From NCBI RefSeq assembly GCF_006345805.1, contig NW_021835510.1, forward strand, positions 1 to 39,418: a stretch of 39,418 nucleotides of DNA. Direction: 5' to 3'. The notes beneath the pieces are model-generated. The model made no database searches. It was not told the DNA's origin and saw nothing but the letters and a program-made list of their open reading frames with translations. The translations under genes were made by a program, and so were the position numbers. Of the stretch, positions 1 through 11,634 are shown in pieces. Each line of letters opens with the position of its first letter. The stretch's first letter is position 1. This DNA comes from Octopus sinensis (Eukaryota).

Positions 1-389
1 CGATGCTTGGGGTTTTGGCTCGTAACATCGTAGTGCTTGTTTTCGAGTTTTAAATTGTTTCTGCACACGAGATGTACCCGTTGGCACCCGTTTACTCAAA
101 CGTTAATTAATGCGCGTTACCCAACAGAGAAAGAAATGTGACTGACTGACTGGCAGGCAGGCAGACAGACAGATGGACTGACGGACAGACAAGCGCGCGT
201 GCGTCCGTATTTATATTTTCGAATATAAAACATGTTGAACTGCAATTTTTTTAATTTTTCATAAGAATTTCATTCCTTGCACGCACACATGTCGAATACA
301 CAGACACTTATACAAACATATATATACAAATTTATACATACATACAAGTATATATACATATAAGCATTCGCAAACATACATGCACATGG

Positions 390-426
<37 letters not shown>

Positions 427-695
427 TATATGCATACATGTATAAACTTGCATGCGCACGCATCGTCGTTCTCTGACAATCTGATAAAAGACAAAAAATG
501 CAGGGTCAGAAATATGGGAAAAATACAAGCTAGCTGGTTACCGACTTTGAGTTTCATGGTTTTATATTTAACACATAACAAACATGTTCATTTATAGATG
601 CTACCAAAAAGTTGAATAATAACTTATACCATGAAACTTAAAGTAGAACATATCATCTCTCTTTATCTCATATTTTTCTTTTATATTTTATTTTA

Positions 696-1022
696 TTTCA
701 GTCATTTCACTGCGGCCATGCTGAAGCACCGCCTTTAGTCGAACAAATCCACCCTCAGGACTTATTCTTTGTAAGCCTACTACTTACACTATCGGACCCT
801 CTTGTCGAACCGCTAAGTGACGGGGATGTAAACACACCAGCATCGGTTGTCAAGCGATGTTGGGGGCACAAACATAGACATACAAACATATACATATTTA
901 TATATACGACGGGCTTCGTTCAGTTTCCGTCTACCAGATACACCCACAAGACTGGTCGACCCGGGACTATAGTAGAAGACACTTGCCCAAGGTGTCACGC
1001 AGTGGGAATGAACCTGGAAGCA
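696..1022 (-). mobile_element. SINE family A (tRNA-derived, CORE-like, internal microsatellite), minus-strand copy
   Basis: Reverse complement matches the consensus seen in the cleaner copies at 29309 and 38661, including the CORE-like CCTTGGGCAAGTGTC, the internal (TA/TG)n tract and the 3' GCATGGCCGCAGT end. The 5' head is truncated. Confidence 0.85.
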
Positions 1023-1215
1023 TGTATATGTGTGTGTGTATGTGTGTTTCCCCACCCATCGCTTGACAACCGGTGTGTGTACGTCCCCGTAACCTAGCGG
1101 TTCGGCAAAAGATATCGATAGAATAATAGGCTTATAAAGAATAAGTCCTGGGGTTGATTTCTTTAAAAATCCTTTAAGTCGGTGTCGCAGTCAAACCCCT
1201 GAAACGAGTAAAAGA
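1023..1215 (+). mobile_element. SINE family A, 3' half
   Basis: GCTTGACAACCG...TAACCTAGCGGTTCGGCAAAA...AAGAATAAGTCCTGGGG matches the 3' half of family A. Confidence 0.8.
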
Positions 1216-1232
1216 ACAAAAAGAATATGCAG

Positions 1233-1631
1233 AGGCGCAAGCGTGGTAAGAAGATTTCTTTACAACCACGTGGTTTCAGGTTCAGTCCCACTGCGTGGCA
1301 CTTGGGCAAGTATCTCCTACTTATAACTCCGAGCTGACCAAAACCTTGTGAGTGGATTTGATAGACGGAAGCTTAAAAGCCTGTCCTGTACATATGTGTG
1401 TGTGTGTGTGCGCGCGTGCGCATGTGTGATTGTCTCCGCACGCTACCACCACCACGTGACCACCGATGTTGGTTTGCTTCCATAGCCGTAACTTTGCAGT
1501 TGGATAAAAGAGACTGATAGTATATGCATGTATCAGGACTTAAAAATATATACTGGGAGCTATATGTTTGACTAGACCCTTTAGGCGGTGCCTCAGCATG
1601 GCCGCAGTCCAATTACTGAAATAAGATAAAA
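1233..1631 (+). mobile_element. SINE family A, near full length
   Basis: B-box-like GGTTCAGTCCC, CACTTGGGCAAGT core, internal (TG)n and 3' CAGCATGGCCGCAGTC. Confidence 0.85.
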
Positions 1632-1641
1632 ATATAATATA

Positions 1642-2032
1642 CTAGCAGTATCGCCCGGCGTTGCTCGGGTTTGTTTCGACCCTTTAGAATTGGAATGTTT
1701 GAAAAGTAAAAATTTTGCATTATGTAGCTTGTTATTCTCTTTAAGTGAACATTTTTCTGGTTGAAATACACCGAAAAATGGCGACACAGCAATCAAAAAA
1801 TCGTAAAAAATAGGGATTTTCACAGAAAAAAAAGCACCTTTTTGATGTAAATAATTTTTGGTCTTAACATGGTCCGATTTGAATTTTTTCTTCTGCGGAA
1901 GGAAGAGCAAGCCTTCTTCTATCATACTCCCAATTTTGGCCAACTTGCGCCACAGGGTCTCGGAGAAGTGTTAGTTGAAGGCTACCAAACCTGCCATACA
2001 CAGACAACTTCAGCTTTATATATAGAGAGAGA
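1642..2032 (-). mobile_element. Non-autonomous Helitron (~390 bp)
   Basis: On the minus strand it starts A|TCTCTCTCTATATATAAAG at 2032 and ends with a GC-rich hairpin CCCG-AGCAACGC-CGGG (1654-1669) 8 nt before CTAG|T (1642-1645). These are canonical Helitron termini with an A|T target and no TSD. Confidence 0.8.
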
Positions 2033-2350
2033 TATTTATAATAATACACACACAAAACACATGCATAGAGATGTAAGACTTCATAAGTAGCAATTTGAGA
2101 TAGAAAATGAATGATTACGCGACATATTAATGGGAATTATCACTAGTTTGGCAACTGTTTTATCGATTGCACTACATCGCATCCGCCATTAGCTTCTAAC
2201 TTCCAAAATGTCCCATTTGTATTACGAATAATTTATACTGAAAATAATGAAATTAGTTGAACAAAATTACGCAATACGATTGCAGCGCGCGCAAGAGTGC
2301 GTATATAAGATAGATAGATAGATATGTTTCTTTATTAGCCACACTAGGCT

Positions 2351-2686
<336 letters not shown>

Positions 2687-3020
2687 TTGACTGTAGGTTA
2701 AACAGGAATTCTGTCACATTCTTTCTTTGTTATTGACGTACGAGAAGGAATATGTTAACCTGCAACGACCTTCTGTACTATTTAATCCTTTTACTGCGGA
2801 AATCAGACATTTCCACTCAAAATTTCGTTCCCCTTAATTGTGGAAAGCAAATTTGTTATACAATTCTAATTTTTGTTGAAGAATGCCATGTATGAAACTA
2901 TTTTTTTTTTGTTTTCTTGTTGCCATATGTCAGTTTTCTGAGGCAACGAGATTTGCAGAAAATACCATTTCTACTTTTTTTTGGTTAATCTTTAATATCA
3001 TAATTAGAATTTCATTTATT

Positions 3021-3766
3021 TCTTTTACTCGTTTCAGTCATTTGACTGCGGTCATGCTGGAGCAACGCCTTAGAGGCGTTTAGTCCGAAGAAATCGACTC
3101 CAAGACTTAGTCCCTGTAAGCCTTGTACTTATTCTATCGGTCCCCTTTTTGCTGAAGCGTTAAGTTACGGGGACGTAGACACACCAACGTCGGTTGTGAA
3201 GCGATGGCGCAGAGAGAAACACACACAAATAAATGGCTGTGTAGTAAGAAGCTTGCTTCCCAACCACATGGTTCCGGGTTCAGTTCCACTGCGTGGCACC
3301 TTGGGCAAATGTCTTCTACTATAGCCTTGTGAATGGATTTGGTAGATGGAAACTGAATGAAGCCTGTTGTGTGTATATGTATATATATATATATATACGT
3401 ACATATGTGTGTGTGCCCACCATCGCTTGACAACCGATGTTTGACCCCGTAAGCTAGCGGTTCGGTAATTGAGACCGATAGAATACGTACTGGGCTTACA
3501 AAGAATAAATCTTGGGGTCGAGTTGTCCGAATAAATGCGGTGCTCCAGCATGGCCGCAGTCAAATGACCGAAACAAATAAAATAATATATATATATGTAT
3601 AGGACGGGCTTCTTTCAGTTTCCGTTTACCAAATCCACTCACAAGGCATTAGTAGGCCCGAGGCTGTAGTAGAAAACACATGACCAACGTGCCACGCAGT
3701 GGGACTGAATCCGGAACCCTGTGGTTGGGAAGCAAGCTTCTTACCACGCAGCCACGCCCGCGTCTA
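3021..3766 (-). mobile_element. SINE family A copy split in two (3' half 3021-3226, 5' half ~3602-3766) by an oppositely oriented copy
   Basis: The two minus-strand halves are colinear with the consensus and are interrupted at the internal microsatellite. Confidence 0.75.
3234..3582 (+). mobile_element. SINE family A, nested copy
   Basis: TGGCTGTGTAGTAAG...GGTTCAGTTCC...CCTTGGGCAAATGTC...CAGCATGGCCGCAGTCAAATGA. Confidence 0.85.
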
Positions 3767-4038
3767 CCATTTCATAAGCATGAGATTTCATTTCGCCGTG
3801 AAAGGGTTAAATTTATTTCTTTTGCGATTTATAGTGCGCTGTGCTTTATACATATGCATTTCAACATATGGCGGAGGCGCGTGGCTAATATTTAGGCTAA
3901 AAAGTGCATATGTACGTTTCTACATACAATATATAAAATTAAATGCATTCCTTTCGAAACACTCCCCCATACGGCACAAATAGATTACATTACATACAGT
4001 TACACAGAATTCATTCTATAAATATACATACAATATTA

Positions 4039-4348
4039 GTGGAGGTACATGGCCTAGTGGTTAGAGCAGCGGACTCGCGGTCGAGGGATCGCGGGTTCGA
4101 ATCTCAGACCGGGCGATGCGTGTGTTTATGAGCGAAACAGCTAAGCTCCAAGCGGCCCCGGCAGAAGGCAATGGCGAGCTTCTGCTGACTCTTTCGCCAC
4201 AACTTTCTCTCACTCTTTTCTCCTGCATCTTGCAGCTCACTTGCGACGGACCGGCGTCCCGTCCAGGTGGGGAACGTATACACCAAGGAAACCGGGAAAC
4301 CGGCCCTTATGAGCCAGGGATGGCTCGAGAAGGAACAAGCAACAACAA
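4039..4348 (+). mobile_element. SINE family B (tRNA-like head, Meta-domain-like body, (CAA)n tail)
   Basis: A box TGGCCTAGTGG and B box GGTTCGAATC. Body GCGACGGACCGGCGTCCCGTCCAGG...GAAACCGGGAAACCGG is shared with the copies at 22338 and 28887. The domain name is from memory. Confidence 0.8.
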
Positions 4349-4402
4349 TATACAATATTACTGTACAATCCCATTATATTAATTATTACTTATGTTACAT
4401 CA

Positions 4403-4485
4403 TTTCTAACATGTATGGAGGCTCGTGGTTTAGTGGTTTGGGGTGTTGGAGCTATGATCGTAAGACTGTGGTTTCGATTCCAGGA
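4403..4485 (+). mobile_element. SINE family B head only
   Basis: GGAGGCTCGTGGTTTAGTGG...GGTTTCGATTCC matches the heads at 22338 and 28887. Confidence 0.7.
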
Positions 4486-4549
4486 AGAATAAGAATCACT
4501 AAAGAGAGACAAAAAATTTACCAGGTAATTTTCGACGAGTATCGTGCTA

Positions 4550-4580
<31 letters not shown>

Positions 4581-5013
4581 TAGAGAGAGAGAGGGGGGGG
4601 GAGATCACGAAAAAAACAAAAGACGAAGACAGGTGGTGTACAAAACAAACAGATGTATTAGTATAACGCTCAGGAATTGAAAAAGTCTTTTACGTTTCGA
4701 GCCTACGCTCTTCTAGAGAAAGCGGCACAGAAAAAAATGTGTGTAGTGGCTACCGATCTATCATGGCGACATATATATATACGAGTTTAAAATAATGAAG
4801 GGACATTTCAAATAAGAACTACATAACCAAATTTAACCGAAGAAAATATTCTGTCACCGAGGAACTGATCGACTTCGAACTGCAGAAAAATATATAAAAG
4901 TTATTTGGAGAAATCAATTATCAATATGATAATACTACAAAACAAAAAAGCAAAAGATTAAGAATCACTAAAGGGAGATAAATTTATCCACTAATTTTCA
5001 ACGGGTATTATGC

Positions 5014-5018
<5 letters not shown>
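4485..5018 (-). mobile_element. Penelope-like/retrozyme-like partial tandem unit (period 469 bp) carrying a decayed hammerhead
   Basis: Imperfect ~60-bp direct repeats at 4491-4552 and 4960-5018 flank the HHR-like motif. The 4610-4725 segment is homologous to 21970-22090. Confidence 0.55.
4686..4723 (-). ncRNA. Decayed minimal type I hammerhead ribozyme motif (core CUGANGA mutated to CUCUAGA)
   Basis: Minus strand reads GCUUU-CUCUAGA-A-GAGC-GUAG-GCUC-GAAA-CG-UA-AAAGA, a paralog of the intact motif at 21974-22017. Confidence 0.6.
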
Positions 5019-5053
<35 letters not shown>

Positions 5054-5598
5054 CTCATTCTTCTACTACCCCCACCCTCCCTCCCTCTCTCTCTCTCTCT
5101 CATATATGTATGTGCGCGTAATACACACATTCTGACATTCTTCAGTTTTACAAAAGCAAGCTAGAATGCCTGGAGGCGATTTGAGGCGTTCTAAGTAATG
5201 TTTTAGTCTTCTCCTCTAACCTACTTATCTTACCCCCTTTTTTTTTTATACATTCACCTGATTACATAAATACATATATCACCACTGCAAGCATACACGC
5301 ATTTAGACACACACACACACACACACACATAAGCATTTCTATGTACATTCGCACACAAACACACAGTATTGAAATTACACGCTTCTTTATCCAGCTGATG
5401 ACATACCTTCACAAATCCACACACACGTATGTATATTATATAATATATATATATATATACACGCGTACATACACACATATTTAAAACGTGTATATTGACA
5501 GTAAAGGCTATTTTAGAAAGTATCTTCGTAATTTTTAAGGAATTTACATAAGTACATTCCAGGACACACACACACACTCATATATATATATATATATC

Positions 5599-5654
<56 letters not shown>

Positions 5655-5745
5655 TTAAAAGCACTTGCGTGTTTGATAAATTGTGTCACCTTGACCGAAT
5701 GTATATGTACGTAAACGTGTATGTGTGTGTATATGTATATATATA

Positions 5746-5774
<29 letters not shown>

Positions 5775-5776
<2 letters not shown>

Positions 5777-5999
5777 GGGTGTCCATAAATTATCTTTACA
5801 ATTGAAAAATTCAGAAAGAAAAAACAAAAGAATAATGAAAACTCGGCAGAGTTTATTAGAAAACAGAGACAAATAAAGTTTTATTAGAAATATCACAACA
5901 TTTCCACGTAGGCTCCAATGGTTGCACGCAACCTGCTGAGTTATACTTATGTGTTGCCTTTTTCTCTGAATTTTTTTCAAATTGCAAAGGTAATTTATG
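5775..5999. mobile_element. Tc1/mariner-type MITE with the right terminus eroded
   Basis: Left end TATAGGGTGTCCATAAATTATCTTTACAATTGAAAAATTCAG. The right end reverse-complements to CATAAATTACCTTTGCAATTTGAAAAAAATTCAG and then runs into (GT)n. Confidence 0.6.
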
Positions 6000-7008
6000 T
6001 GTGTGTGTGTGTGTGTGTGTGGTGTTTAACTTTCGAGATATATGGGTTTGTATAATTTTAAGTGTTCATAGAAGAGCGTCTATATATTTGTTACCGCTCG
6101 TTTGTATGTGTTGTTTGCGTGTAGATAATTGTACACGTATGCCTGCTTGGCTCTCTCTCTCTCACTTTATATTTGAGTGATAGTGTGTTAAACAGTTACC
6201 ATTTCGAATAAGATGGCATAATAATTGTTGCAGAAACCTCCTTGCATATCCAAGTATGTTCAACTTTTAATCAAGTATTAACAGTTCGTCCGATTTTGAT
6301 TTGGACAAATTACAGAGTGTAGATCAAAGAGAACGGGAAATTCGGTTAAATTTTTTCACACACACGCACACACTAGTTGCATTGTATTATATTCCTGAGC
6401 AAAGTTCTTTCCGTATGAGAGAGATAACAGGTTTCTGTAAACGCATACAGAGCAGACGATACACAGTATCACATACCAAAATGGATAGAGCAGACGATCT
6501 ATCACATGACCAACGCAGATAAGGGAAGAAGAAATCCTGTTTGCTCACATTTTATGTCTTCTGTCAGTCGAAGTAACAACGTACAAATGTTAAATTCAAA
6601 GTAAATATATTTATTTCTAACATGTATAAAAGGACACGTTTTTTTTTCTTCCTTTTTTCGTTTTTGATAGTGGCTGTAGACAATTATACCGTATCTCATT
6701 ACTTCACTGGTACTTCAAGTAAGCAAAAGGAGTAAGCAGATCAGTGGCTAAAACATTCGTAAGGTACCTGAAAGTGATGACCGATGAAGGGTGGGGAAAA
6801 CAGGAAGAAATGACTTGCTATTTTATTCCTAGGCCAGTCACCTGATCTGAAATCTTGCAGCAGTGTATTTTCAACTCAGAACGTAAAGGTTAACAAAAGC
6901 AGTGCTATGATAAGGCATGGTGGGTGCAGTGGATGTTTGCCAGGGACTTCTGGGAGTCTAAGGGTCCAATTCTAATCTATATATTCTGTGACTTCCTGGC
7001 AATAAATA

Positions 7009-7574
7009 TTGGGTTGTCTGGAAAGTTCGTGCCGATTTTTAAAGGAAAGAAAAAGGTTAATAAATACTTGCCATTACATTTTTAATCAACCAAATATGAA
7101 CCGTTTTGTTGCACAATGCGTCTCCATCGTTCCTTTAACTTGAAAATACCCTCTTCCCAGAATTGAGGTGGTTTCATGGCAAAGAATTAATCAAGGTATC
7201 TTTTTACGTCATCCAAGGAATTTAAATTTTTACTATTAAAACTATTCTGCAGAGACCTTAATAAGTGGAAATCCGAAGGAGCAATATCTGGTGAATATGG
7301 AGGGTGGGGTAACACATCCCAGCCGAGCTGCAGCAATTTTTGTGTGGTTCCCAAAGCATCAAGTGCCGAAAATGAACTTTCTTATCTTCCATTTTAAAGG
7401 GTTACAGAATTAACACAGGTTATAGGAACATAAACCTTCTTCCACGAAAAGATAGCTTAAACTGTGCTCTAAATGGAGATGTAGTCAAATCCTGCTTTAT
7501 GGACTCAACCATGTTCTAAAATAAGACGAAAGGTAAGTTACTATAAATCGGCACGAACTTTCCGGACAACCCCA
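7009..7574 (-). mobile_element. Internally deleted mariner (DD34D-type) element, 566 bp
   Basis: 30-bp TIRs TTGGGTTGTC(T/C)GGAAAGTTCGTGCCGATTT with 2 mismatches and TA on both sides (7007-8, 7575-6). Minus-strand remnants read MEDKKVHFRHL, fused to KLLQLGWDVLPHPPYSPDIAPSDF. Confidence 0.92.
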
Positions 7575-8544
7575 TACTATAAATTCTATTGTATTCCACT
7601 CTTCAGGGGCATGTAATGATGCTGAGACGGACCCGAGCAAACTTTTCTGAAAAAAATCGCTGAATAAGTAGGGTATCAGAGCAACATGGGGTTAGATTCG
7701 GTGAGACTAAATGCATACGCCGTCGCCGTGTATATATACTTATTCACCAGTCATGTTATAATCTAATCGCTATTGTTGGGCTGTTAACATTGAGCTGTAG
7801 CATTGTGCCAACGACTTCAGTGTTCCACATATCTTCCTGTCATTTTAACAAGTAAGTTTCTACTTGCTGCTTGTGTCTCGCGAAGGAGAGGTGTTGGTGA
7901 AACTTAACGAGCTGTAATGACAGCGGTAAGCGGTCGGGTTTTATCACTACCTAAAGCTGCCGAAAAGACAAAAAAAAACTTTTGTAGGCCTAATTTTACG
8001 ACCAGATTTGAAAACATAAATATGATTCCGTATTCGCCACAACTGTCGAAAGCATGATTCTGAACAGCCAGTGATCTTGTGTAGGACACAACTTGAAGAT
8101 TATGCACAAATATGTACATATATGCTTTTGATCATTGGTCTTGTTTACTGGACCAGGAATGACCTAGGGTCAAACAAGAATTAGGGTACAATCTAACCCC
8201 CAAAAACGTCGTCGTTTTATGAATTCCTTTTATGATGAGAGTTTGGATCGTAAATTATGAAAGTTGCAGCTTCTCACTTGCAATATGTCATTGATATTTG
8301 ATAGAAAAGAACATCTTATTTTAACCTACGATGTCTTCATCTTATAGCACGCCTAAAACTACAAATTCAGGTTGTGAATGAAATTTGGTAAGTGGAAACT
8401 GTGTCGAACCGTTCTTGCTTTTTTTGGGGGGGGGTCTTAGATTTATATTCTGTCGCCCAGTTTAGCATCGCCATCAGGCCCTAGGGTTCTCTTGAATGGG
8501 GTCCATCATGTTACGAATATCGAGGTCAGATCTCTGCCCCGAGA

Positions 8545-8760
8545 CTAACGACCTTCCATTCCTGCCACCAATGTCGGAGACCCTGAAAAGTACCAATGGT
8601 ACAGTTCGTCTTCCACCGTCAATCTAACGTCTTCCCTCTCTTACCAATGACGGAGGCCCTGAAATGTATCGTGTACACTGTCCATCTTCCACTGACAGGC
8701 TAATGCCCTTTCTTTTCCCACCACTAATCTCAGAAGCCCCGAGTAGTACCATGGGTACTC
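8545..8760. repeat. Degenerate tandem repeat, about 2.7 units of 76-79 bp
   Basis: ACCAATGTCGGAGACCCTGAAA (8567-8588) vs ACCAATGACGGAGGCCCTGAAA (8643-8664), 20/22 identical. Units start CTAACG/CTAATG at ~8545, 8624 and 8700. Confidence 0.6.
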
Positions 8761-9296
8761 TACTGCTACTACTAATTCATAAAACATACTCCCTACAAAA
8801 AAAAAAACAAACAAACAAACAAGGAAGACCCCAAAGTGTGGTGGTGAAGGAAAATTTAACAGTTGTTATTACTAGAGATATCATAGGCGGGAATTGAAAA
8901 CACAGTCTTCGGTGACATGAAAATGCATAATAATTGGAAGTAGGCGATTTAGATACAAGAGCACATAATGGTCGCCATTACAAAAAGAACGAAAACTCTC
9001 AAAACACTGGTATCGTTTGAATAATTCTCCGCTTCCACTCTAGTTTTTCACACATTTGTTCTTGGCCATTTTATTCTGTCCTTTTCATCTTTTTCTCTAC
9101 GGTACCCACACAAATAAACTCTCTCTCTCACACACACACACACACTTTATCTATGATCTATTTCCTATTTCTCTTATTTCCTCTTTATCTCTACCACTTA
9201 CCCTTTGTAGCTACCTCACCCTCTCATCATCTTTATCGCCACCCCATTTGATTATGCCCTTTCTGCTCTTTCCCCCAGCGACATTTCTCAGTCATT

Positions 9297-9410
9297 CTAT
9301 CTATCTATCCATCTATCTGCATATCTATCTAACTATCGCTCTATATCTATCTATCTGCCTCTATCTCTCTGTCTATCTATCTCTATCTCTCTATATCTAT
9401 CTGCTTATCT
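9297..9410. repeat. (CTAT)n-rich microsatellite
   Basis: Read directly from the sequence. Confidence 0.9.
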
Positions 9411-9913
9411 AAGTCTGTATCTTTCTATTTCACTTCTATTCTTTCCCTTCACCAAGATTTTCCATAACTCGTCCTTCTAACCCTCTCTCCTACAAAAATG
9501 ACACTCTTTCGCTCTCATATACATACACACACACATATATAAAATCTTCGAACAAACAATGCACTATTTAAAAGTAAATAGCCAACATTTTCTTGTGAAA
9601 ATCACTTTATAAGTGCAGCATGTCCTCACGCCCTCATCCTCTCGAAAATAAAAAATAAAAAATCACCAAACAATAAAATAAAACAAAAAAAAAATCAAAC
9701 AAAAAACAAATTACAACGAAACGAAAAACGATAATCTCTTGGACTCGAACTATTACAACCTGGTTCACACATTCACCTTTGACATTAAGTTACTCGAGCG
9801 TAAGGGTTGGGGGTGACATTTACAGGAATAGGACTTAAGGTCACTGAAAACATTGTTGTAGTAGAGTGTACATATATTGGCGTCCCTCATACCAACACAA
9901 ACATGTACTCAGC

Positions 9914-9946
<33 letters not shown>

Positions 9947-10880
9947 CTAGTGTGTTACCCGTCATATGACGGATAACTTTGGAAGTGCGCTATTGTCATC
10001 GTGGGTAACACCAGGAAATATGACATACATACAATAGTTACGATATAAATTCTATGAAAAATCTTGGTCCATCACAAAATGATGAAATGAAATAATTTCC
10101 AACACGGAATCATTCATTTAAAGTAACATTAAACAAAACAAATTTATGATTTCTCTCACTTTCTCTCATCTATAACCACTGTGCCATACTTCCTCTCCGC
10201 CTCACGTCCTCTTTCTATGATTGTCTCTCCATCCACTCAGCACCTGTTATGTTAACTCTGTGTCTCCTTTACTCTCTCACACTTTCTCTATACGTACATC
10301 GCGGTTCCCCTATCGCGCACTCAGGACATCGCCGGTTCACCTATCGCGCACTCAGAACATCGCGGTTAACCTATCGCGCACTCAATGCATCGTAAATTTT
10401 TCTGGCTAATATGTAAATTTATATCGCGGAATTCTCAGTATATCGCGGGTTTCTGCTACCGTTAGGTATTTGCATTTTTTTTCTGTAGGAGGTTTTGGAA
10501 CGTGACACCCGCGATACTCGAGAGATGGCTTTCCGTATGCTTGTTCCATGTGTGCAAGTAAGTATTTCGTTTATTTCTTAACGTATTTATCGCTGATGAC
10601 GAGAAAGTTCTTTAAGAATCAACTCAGAAATCGGACCGATTCGGTAGTATCGGAATTTTTTTAGAAATTTCTGTCAGCATGCTTCAAGACGTGTGCTTTT
10701 AGCGATGAATTATATGTGGTTATTGACGATTTAAAGTCTATTTCTCGGCATCTTTGGCATAGAGATTTTTTTCTGTTGCCCTTATTTATAAGTTGTTTAT
10801 AATTTTCACCTTAAAAAGGTATTTTTTAAAAATATGGTGGCCACTGATAAAATTTTTTGAAAATTTTATCCTAAATTAGA
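9947..10880 (-). mobile_element. Non-autonomous Helitron (3' end firm, 5' end tentative)
   Basis: The minus-strand 3' end has an 11-bp-arm hairpin (9954-9977, GTTACCCGTCA-TA-TGACGGATAAC on plus) 3 nt before CTAG|T (9947-9950). A possible A|TC 5' end lies at 10880. There is an internal tandem repeat. Confidence 0.55.
10296..10392. repeat. CpG-rich 30-31-bp minisatellite, 3.2 copies
   Basis: Unit ACATCGC(C)GGTT(C/A)(C/A)CCTATCGCGCACTCA starts at 10296, 10326 and 10357, with no unique spacers. Confidence 0.9.
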
Positions 10881-11492
10881 TATAGACATTATATATATAT
10901 ATATAGCTTCAATACGGAGGTTTTTATTGAATGGCCCGTGTTTGTACAGTAATTTGGATTCGTAAGTTTTAATTCTGAAATCCTGTTAAGCTGACGTTTC
11001 TACGCGAAATTTAGAGCAATGAGAATTCTATATTTTTTCAGGTCACATCATGTGTCAGAAAATGGTAGAAGACTGATTTACAAACTAAGGTTAAAGTAGC
11101 GAAGTGATGTAAATTATCGGTTATAAGCACCAGTTAAACATTTGTGCTCTTGTGCATAATAATAATAATAATATAATAATAATAATAATAATAATGGTTT
11201 CAAATACTGGCACAAGGGCAACAAGTCGAGAAGAGGGGTAAACCAATTACATCAATCCCCCAATGCTCCTGAAAGAATGAAAGGCAAAGTCATAGGGGTA
11301 CGAATCAATAACCAAGTGTGAGAATGTGATCAGATCGCAGAAGGGGGACGAAAGGTTCGGCAGTTTATAGTCCGGCAAGAATACGAAGGCTTCCGTTGCT
11401 TTTAAATGGTTAACAGGTTTCTTTCACAATGCCATGTCTTGTCTTTGGTTCACAATTCCTGGCAGCATCATAAGAATATCGTCATGATATAC

Positions 11493-11634
11493 AAATTCAG
11501 CCGAGGTCGACTTTGCCTTTCATCCTTTCAGGGTTGTTAAATTAAGTACCAGTTGTGTACTGAAGTCAATCTAATCGATGGCTCCCCCCCCCCCCAAAAA
11601 AAATGTCGGGCCTTGTGCCTAGAGGAGAAAAGAC
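11493..11634 (+). mobile_element. 5'-truncated SINE family C copy with a 16-bp TSD
   Basis: GAGGTCGACTTTGCCTTTCATCCTTTC...AAGTACCAG...GGCCTTGTGCC, flanked by TATCGTCATGATATAC at 11477-11492 and 11635-11650. Confidence 0.88.

Noticed and set aside
4039-4115. tRNA gene-like sequence with A and B boxes (similar heads at 22338, 26180-26258 and 28887)
   Set aside because: There is no complete cloverleaf or acceptor stem, and each continues into a shared SINE body. These are SINE heads, not tRNA genes.
6671-6718. 48-nt plus-strand exon candidate (long pyrimidine tract-TAG|...CAA|GTAAGC)
   Set aside because: The splice signals are plausible but the peptides are unrecognisable and nothing else supports it. 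Such signals are common in AT-rich DNA.
10296-10392. CRISPR-like 30-bp repeats
   Set aside because: The units are contiguous with no unique spacers, the context is eukaryotic and there are no cas genes. It is a minisatellite.
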